From: Halorarum halobium | GTDB taxonomy: Archaea; Halobacteriota; Halobacteria; Halobacteriales; Haloferacaceae | Direction: 5' to 3' | Assembly (NCBI RefSeq): GCF_032116555.1 | Contig: NZ_CP134949.1 | Coordinates: 1,178,001-1,242,000, forward strand | DNA length: 64,000 nucleotides | Shown: positions 57,907 to 64,000 of the stretch, piece after piece | How the letters are laid out: every line of letters starts with the position of its first letter | Numbering within the stretch: position 1 is the stretch's first letter | Translations under genes and position numbers: made by a program | The notes under the pieces: model-generated | The model's input: only the letters and a program-made list of their open reading frames with translations | The model's database searches: none | What the model was told of the DNA's origin: nothing

Positions 57907-58845
57907 CTACTTGTGCTTGTCGATGAAGCGGTCGTACGAGCGCTCCCACTCGTAGTCGTCGTCGAAGTAGCGCTCCGCGAGCGGCTCCTCGGGGAGCTCG
58001 CCGAGTTCGCGCTTCTCCTGCTGGTAGGACGGGCGGTCGTCCTCGCGGTAGTAGATGCCGGTGAGCACCTCGCCCTCGTACAGTTTGTCCTCGGTCTCGC
58101 GCATCAACTCCTGAGCGTCGGCCCGGTTCGTCGGGTCGAAGTCGTAATCGTCGGAGTCGTTGATGTCGGTGTACGGGACGTACTGGCGGGCGTCCTTGTT
58201 CCAGGTCGGACACTGGGTGAGGAAGTCCACGTGGGCGAACCCGTCGTGGTTCATCGCCTCGACCAGGATGTCGCGCGCCTGGTTCGGGTTCACCGCGGCC
58301 GTCCGGGCCACGAACGACGCGCCCGAGGTGAGCGCGAGCGAGAGCGGGCGGATCGGCGTCTTGGCCGACCCGTGGGGCTGGGTCTTCGACTTGTGTCCCT
58401 TCGGGCTGGTGGGGGAGGTCTGGCCCTTCGTGAGCCCGAAGATCTCGTTGTTGAACACGATGTAGGTCATGTCGTGGTTCTCCCGGGCGGTGTGCATGAA
58501 GTGGTTCCCGCCGATGCCGTACCCGTCGCCGTCGCCGCCGGCGGCGATGACCTCCAGTTCGGGGTTCGCCAGCGCGGCCGCACGCGCCACGGGCAGTGAA
58601 CGCCCGTGGATCGTGTGGAAGCCGTAGCTGTCGAGGTAGCTGTTCAGCTTGCCCGAGCAGCCGATACCCGTTACGAGGAGCGTCTCCTCGGGAGAGCGGC
58701 CCACCTCGGGCAGCGCCTGTTTCAGGGACTTGAGCACGCCGAAGTCGCCACAGCCCGGACACCACGTGGCCTGGGGCTCGACGGACGGCGTGTACTCGTC
58801 CCGGTCGATCTCGCGTTCCTCGCCGATCGCGCTGAATGCACTCAT
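57907..58845 (-). CDS. porB: Pyruvate:ferredoxin oxidoreductase beta subunit
   Basis: WCPGCGDF, GIGCS, GGDGDG, NNEIFGLTKGQTSPT, QCPTWN. Confidence 0.9.
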   Translation of the reverse strand: MSAFSAIGEEREIDRDEYTPSVEPQATWCPGCGDFGVLKSLKQALPEVGRSPEETLLVTGIGCSGKLNSYLDSYGFHTIHGRSLPVARAAALANPELEVIAAGGDGDGYGIGGNHFMHTARENHDMTYIVFNNEIFGLTKGQTSPTSPKGHKSKTQPHGSAKTPIRPLSLALTSGASFVARTAAVNPNQARDILVEAMNHDGFAHVDFLTQCPTWNKDARQYVPYTDINDSDDYDFDPTNRADAQELMRETEDKLYEGEVLTGIYYREDDRPSYQQEKRELGELPEEPLAERYFDDDYEWERSYDRFIDKHK

Positions 58846-58848
58846 TGG

Positions 58849-60741
58849 TCAGTCACCTGCCGCCGGAACGAACTTGGTTTCGTGGCCGGGGAGCTCCCCG
58901 TCCTCGACGATGCTGGTCTCGAAGCCCTCCACGATCTCGGCGGGCTCGAAGGGGTTACCGTTGTACTTCAACAGCGAGTGCAGCTTCTCGCCGTAGCGGC
59001 CCAGTTCCTTCTGGGTCAGCCCACGGAACTGCGCGGAGGCGTTCATCTCGACGACGAGCACCTCGTCGACGCTTTCGACGAACGCCTCGACGGCCTCGAC
59101 CGGGTACGGCGCGAGTTCGCCGACCGAGAGCGTCTTGACGCCGTGGCCGTTCGCGTTCAGCCGGTCGACCGCCTCCTCGACGGTGCCCTGCTGGCTGCCG
59201 AACGTGAGGATGCCGTACTCGGCCTCCTCGGGCCCGTGCGGCGAGAGCAGCGAGTTCTCGTCCAGGTCCGCGCGGATCGCATCCATCTTCTCGAACCGCC
59301 GGTTCACCTGCGAGACGCGGTTGTCCGGGTCCTCGCTGATGTGCCCGGCCGGGTTGTGTTCGTTGCCGGTGACGAGGTAGCGCCCGCCCTTCTGGCCCGG
59401 GATGGACCGGGGCGAAACGCCGTCCTCGACGTCGTGCTGGAACCGGTGGAACTTCCCGTCCTCCGTGTGGGGCTCGTCCGCGAGTTCCGCCTCGGTGAGC
59501 GTCTTCCCCATCGAGGGGTTCGGCTCGCGGTCGAAGGTCGATGCGGGGACGTTCGTCAGCTCGCCTGAGAGCTTCTGGTCGTAGATGACGACCGAGGGGA
59601 TCTGGTAATCGTACGCCAGCCGGAACGCGGTCCGGGCGTGGTCGTACGCTTCCTCGACGGTCCCCGGTGCGAGGACGACGCGGTGGGAGTCGCCCTGCGA
59701 GGTGTACAGGACGTGCTCCAGGTCGGCCTGCTCGGGCTTGGTCGGCATCCCGGTCGAGGGACCGGCACGCATCGCTTCGACGAGCACGAGCGGCGTCTCG
59801 GTGATCTCCGCGAGCCCGAGCGGCTCGGACATCAGCGCGAAGCCGCCGCCCGAGGAGCCGGACATCGCCTTCGCTCCGGCGTGGGACGCACCCACGGCGA
59901 GCGCCGCCGCGGCGATCTCGTCTTCCACCTGCTCGGAGATCCCCCCCAGTTCCGGGAGGTTCTGGCTCATGATGGTGAACACCTCGGTCCACGGCGTCAT
60001 CGGGTAGCCGGCGATGAACCGGCACCCTTCGTCGATCGCGCCGTAGGCGATGGCGTCCGAACCGGACATGAGCAGCTGTTCCTCCTCGTGTTCTCCCTGG
60101 GGGACGTCGATCCCCGGGGCGTCCACGTCGTACTCCTCGCTCACCTGTTCGTAGGCAGTCTCGAGGATGTCGACGTTCGGTTCGAGGATCTTCTCGGGCA
60201 TCGCGTCGGCCATCAGCTCCTGGATCCACTCGAGCTCGATGCCGGCGATGGCACAGGTCGCGCCGACGCCCGCCGTGTTCCGCATGACTTCACGACCCTT
60301 CTCGCGGGCGAGCCCGCGCAGGTCGAGCGGGTAGACGTGCCAGTCGTTCTCCTCGGCACGCTCCTCGAAGTCCGGGATGTCGGCCGGGTCGAGCAGCCCC
60401 TCGTCGTAGATGATGACGCCACCCTCCCGGAGTTCGTCCAGGTTCTCCGAGAGTGGTTTCACCTCCTCGTTGCCGTAGTACGCCCCCTCCTGGGGATTTC
60501 GGGCGAACGAGTCGCCCAGCGCCAGGAGGAAGTTGTACCCGTCACCGCGGGACTTCACCGGGTCCGCGGAGGCTCGTACCTCGACGTAGGTGTGGCCGCC
60601 GCGGATCCGGGACGGATAGTGACGGTGCGTGAATACGTGGAGCCCCGCACGCATCAGGGCTTTCGCGAAGTTCTGGCTGGTCGAGGCGATGCCGTCGCCG
60701 GAGCCGCCCGCGATCCGCCAGATGAGTTCGTCGTCTGCCAT
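58849..60741 (-). CDS. porA: Pyruvate:ferredoxin oxidoreductase alpha subunit
   Basis: WRIAGGSGDG, HYPSRIRGGH, GYPMTP, EDEIAA, RAGPSTGMPTK. N-terminus matches the haloarchaeal PorA type rather than KorA. Confidence 0.88.
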   Translation of the reverse strand: MADDELIWRIAGGSGDGIASTSQNFAKALMRAGLHVFTHRHYPSRIRGGHTYVEVRASADPVKSRGDGYNFLLALGDSFARNPQEGAYYGNEEVKPLSENLDELREGGVIIYDEGLLDPADIPDFEERAEENDWHVYPLDLRGLAREKGREVMRNTAGVGATCAIAGIELEWIQELMADAMPEKILEPNVDILETAYEQVSEEYDVDAPGIDVPQGEHEEEQLLMSGSDAIAYGAIDEGCRFIAGYPMTPWTEVFTIMSQNLPELGGISEQVEDEIAAAALAVGASHAGAKAMSGSSGGGFALMSEPLGLAEITETPLVLVEAMRAGPSTGMPTKPEQADLEHVLYTSQGDSHRVVLAPGTVEEAYDHARTAFRLAYDYQIPSVVIYDQKLSGELTNVPASTFDREPNPSMGKTLTEAELADEPHTEDGKFHRFQHDVEDGVSPRSIPGQKGGRYLVTGNEHNPAGHISEDPDNRVSQVNRRFEKMDAIRADLDENSLLSPHGPEEAEYGILTFGSQQGTVEEAVDRLNANGHGVKTLSVGELAPYPVEAVEAFVESVDEVLVVEMNASAQFRGLTQKELGRYGEKLHSLLKYNGNPFEPAEIVEGFETSIVEDGELPGHETKFVPAAGD

Positions 60742-61176
60742 AGTTAGGTCTGGGCCCTCCAGTAGGCCTAGTATCTGGTGGTTGCCTGCCCCGACTGAAA
60801 GGCCTTGCTATGGGTTCGCAAGGAACGTTCGTGAGGGTTAGCGATCGTTCACGTCCACTCTTTGACCGGCTGGCTTGGGTCGATACTGAGGACGGATCAA
60901 CTGGCTGTCCGCTACCTTACGTTTAAATCGGATTGCGAACCAGATTCGGTAGTCACTTGGAGTGCTGCCCGGACTCGGTTCGAGCCTCGAGACGGGTCGG
61001 ATCCGGAGTCGAATTCGTGCCCGAGCCGAGTCCGACCGCGCGAATGAGTCCGGACTCTCGACCAGCGCACCGACTGAACTCACTGAACAGGATAAAACAA
61101 CTAATCAGATAGAGGATAATTTTTCCCTTGATAAGTTAAGATTTATAACTGATACCGAATCAGACTCCGCCACCGA

Positions 61177-63882
61177 ATGAAGTATCGTCCGATCCTGATG
61201 GTGCTGGTGATCGTCGTCGCCGGTGTTCCGTCGAACGTCGCGTCGCTGTCGAACGACCCGCCCGTCGTGGATGCCGGGCTGGATCAATCGGTCGAACTCG
61301 GTGAGACCGTCTTCCTCGACGGGGGTGGATCGTTCGATCCGAACGGGGAGATCGCGTCGTATCGCTGGCGAATCGAGGCCCCGGACGGGTCCACGGCTCG
61401 GCCTGCCGACCCGACGTCGGTTCGAACCCGATTCGAGGCGACCCAGGAGGGACGGTATTACGTGACCCTCACCGTCACGGACGCGGACGGTCGTTCCCGG
61501 AATGACACGCTCTACGTGGACGTTCGCGAGAGCGAGTCGGATGAGGGTTCGGGCGATAACGACTCGGCTCCGACCACGAACTCCCCGCCGACCGGGAGTA
61601 TCACCGGACCGGATTCGGTCGTTCAGGGGGAGACTGCGACCTTCTCCGCGGACGCTTACGACGACGGTCGAATCGAGTCCTATGCGTGGAGTACGGGAGA
61701 AGCATCCGGCCGCGACGCGCGGCGCACGTTCGACGAGCCTGCTGGGTCACGCGTCGTCGTGTCCGTACTGCTCACCGATGATGACGGCGCGACGAACCGA
61801 CTCAGCAAGTCGGTTACGATCCTCGAGGACGACCCTGGTGACACGAGCGACACGTCCCCGAACGAGCCACCGTCGGCCGAAATCGACGGCCCCAGTCGGA
61901 TCGCGGTCGATGAGTCGGCTACCTTCCTCCTCACCGCTAGCGACCCGGACGGAACGGTCGTCAGCCGGTCGTGGACGTCGCCTGCATCAGCTTCCGGGTC
62001 GACGGTCACGCATTCGTTCGACTCCCCCGGAGAGTACACGATTTCCGCGACAGTGACCGACGAGGACGGGAGCTCGGCCACCGCGACACACCAGGTCGAG
62101 GTGTACGGTGCGGGGGAACCGGTCGTCTCGATTTTCGGGCCGGATACGGCGCCTGCCGGATCGACCCAGTCGTACACGTTGGAGGCCTACGATCCGGACG
62201 GTGGCGAACTCACGATATCGTGGGACCCTGCACAGACGCAACTCGAACGAGACGCGACGAGGTTCCGGAACCACGTCTCAATGGACTCGCCACCGGGCGA
62301 TACGGCTACCGTCTCGGTACGGGTTAGTGACGATGAAGGGAACTCTGTTACCGTGGAGAAGCGGACTAGAGTAACTCAAACGACAAGAGTTACTTCTCGA
62401 AAAAACACTACTCCAATAGTTGGTGATATTCGATCATACTATTATCTCGACGATTCTACTCAACAATCGGACACGGATACGATCGAGGGTGGGACCTACG
62501 CCTTCTCCGCAGACATTACGAGCGGGACCCCGGGACCCGTTTCTGTCGAGTGGGAATTTAACGATAGTACTACTATCACAAAATCATTGGGTGAATTAAA
62601 TGGAACACGAACTTCGAGTATCGAACATCAGTTCGTCTCCGAGAAGGGATCGGTACGTTCTATCGCTCTCTGGGTAGAGGCGACTGACGAAAACGGTAAC
62701 AGTAGTAGACAGAAATGGACGAGCAGAGTCAACACGATCGCAACCCATTCAAATATTTCGTTTAAAGCCTCTGGAGGCGGTGAGACGGTAGGTTCGGGGG
62801 GAACCCTCGAAGTTACAGTGGGGTCTGAGGTCGTTTTCGACCTTTTCTCGTATCAGCACTATAAGATTGAAATGGGTGACGGAGTAGTGGTCACGGGGCC
62901 TGACTCGACTGAGTGGCAGGAAGTTACACACGTTTACGACGAGGTCGGAACGCATTCGGTTCAATTGACCTCCATTCAGGGGTCCGATGGATACGCGCTC
63001 AAACGGGTCAAGGTAAAGGTAACCCGAAACTCCTACACCGAGTATCGATACAAGGTCTCCAACGATCAGCACGAGAAGACTATCGCACCATCACGGCCAC
63101 CGGGAAATGACTGGAACAAGGTGGAAATTAACCACGCAGAGAGGTATCTGACGGGCCAGACGTACACCCACCAGGGAAGTCAAGCCGACCATCTCGATCT
63201 GGGTGACAACTGGATCGTCACCGACTCATATACGGAACAGCGGCAACGGACTGATCATCAGGTCGCTAGATCGGACCCGGACGGTAGCGGTGAGACTTGG
63301 ACGCTCACGGACTCGAACGTCCGTCAGGAGACGAGGACGGTCTACGAGAACCAGTACCGGTGGTACGAAGACAAGTATGGCGTGCCGGGATGGTCCCAGA
63401 CCGGGGAGACGCGAACCGATCTCGTCGTTGTCGGAGATGGTCACGATCACGACCGAACTCGGCACGAAGAGACGACCCGGGGTTCATGTGCGGATCGACG
63501 TCTTGACCCCACTCCCGGCGGCGGCTTCGGCGTGGTCTGTGTCGAATGGAACTACAATACTCGGGTCTGGTACTCGGGACACGATCACGACGGGAGGACC
63601 TACTACGATACCGACTACCGCTATCACAGGGAGGTTAAACAGACGAAGGACGTCTGGCTGCACAGGTACAGCCGTACAACGACCGAGGCTGTTCCGGTTA
63701 CGGTGTTTAGCGAAACTGCAAGTCGAAACTACTGGGTCTGGAAGCGACTTATCAATTCGAAATATTCAACAGAATACTCCTTAACTAAACCAAGGAAAGG
63801 AGCTTACGTTGATGGTACGCTTGAAAGTGTGGTGGTTAACTGTGGTGGAAAAGGTGGGCACCATGATGACCTGATGTGTTGA
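61177..63882 (+). CDS. Secreted PKD-domain protein with an unusual C-terminal region
   Basis: Signal peptide; PKD/Ig repeats (LDGGGSFDPNGEIASYRW, YDDGRIESYAW, SDPDGTVVSRSW); C-terminal ~280 aa rich in W/Y/T with two HDHD motifs. Confidence 0.8.
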   Translation: MKYRPILMVLVIVVAGVPSNVASLSNDPPVVDAGLDQSVELGETVFLDGGGSFDPNGEIASYRWRIEAPDGSTARPADPTSVRTRFEATQEGRYYVTLTVTDADGRSRNDTLYVDVRESESDEGSGDNDSAPTTNSPPTGSITGPDSVVQGETATFSADAYDDGRIESYAWSTGEASGRDARRTFDEPAGSRVVVSVLLTDDDGATNRLSKSVTILEDDPGDTSDTSPNEPPSAEIDGPSRIAVDESATFLLTASDPDGTVVSRSWTSPASASGSTVTHSFDSPGEYTISATVTDEDGSSATATHQVEVYGAGEPVVSIFGPDTAPAGSTQSYTLEAYDPDGGELTISWDPAQTQLERDATRFRNHVSMDSPPGDTATVSVRVSDDEGNSVTVEKRTRVTQTTRVTSRKNTTPIVGDIRSYYYLDDSTQQSDTDTIEGGTYAFSADITSGTPGPVSVEWEFNDSTTITKSLGELNGTRTSSIEHQFVSEKGSVRSIALWVEATDENGNSSRQKWTSRVNTIATHSNISFKASGGGETVGSGGTLEVTVGSEVVFDLFSYQHYKIEMGDGVVVTGPDSTEWQEVTHVYDEVGTHSVQLTSIQGSDGYALKRVKVKVTRNSYTEYRYKVSNDQHEKTIAPSRPPGNDWNKVEINHAERYLTGQTYTHQGSQADHLDLGDNWIVTDSYTEQRQRTDHQVARSDPDGSGETWTLTDSNVRQETRTVYENQYRWYEDKYGVPGWSQTGETRTDLVVVGDGHDHDRTRHEETTRGSCADRRLDPTPGGGFGVVCVEWNYNTRVWYSGHDHDGRTYYDTDYRYHREVKQTKDVWLHRYSRTTTEAVPVTVFSETASRNYWVWKRLINSKYSTEYSLTKPRKGAYVDGTLESVVVNCGGKGGHHDDLMC

Positions 63883-64000
63883 GGATCTATAATAAATTTA
63901 ATAAGTATATGTGGGAATTTAGAACAAGAGTGAGCTGCGAACACGCTCTGGACAAAATTTGGGGTGACATATCGTGAGTGAACATAGCAAAGACGGGAGA

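Noticed and set aside
63883..64000. Start of a further gene at the right edge (GTG 63978 after GGGGTGA)
   Set aside because: Only a few codons are visible, so it cannot be supported.

Overview
This is a high-GC haloarchaeal (class Halobacteria) chromosomal segment, judged from the acidic proteome, TFE, NAC, DGGGP synthase and an intron-containing tRNA-Trp. 1-10.7 kb is a sugar/sugar-acid catabolic cluster: XacE-like KDX dehydratase, XacF-like aldehyde dehydrogenase, two mannonate-dehydratase paralogs (one apparently starting at ATT), an SDR, a DUF296 protein and an ABC transporter. 11-34.7 kb is mostly housekeeping (tRNA-Arg, DGGGPS, surE, tfe, trmI, nac, methylmalonyl-CoA mutase, guaB, tRNA-Trp). 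An accessory patch follows tRNA-Trp (secreted PPC protein, TraB-like protein, two phiH1-repressor-like genes, PadR). After it come gch3, tpiA, mbf1, hisC, an hflX paralog, a HerA-like ATPase, PolY, lrpA1-porBA and a mosaic PKD protein. The best candidate for an undescribed system is at 44.0-47.2 kb. It comprises a 44-aa signal-peptide-like precursor missed by the ORF track, predicted to release the octapeptide NGSSTAGP, with a palindromic operator at its promoter. This gene converges on a coupled operon encoding a degenerate RecA/KaiC-like protein and a 730-aa protein with a CHAT/caspase-like His-Cys protease domain. Second is an attenuator-like leader (8-codon uORF plus mutually exclusive stems) upstream of the hflX paralog. 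Family names are recognised by eye or from memory, not from database searches.
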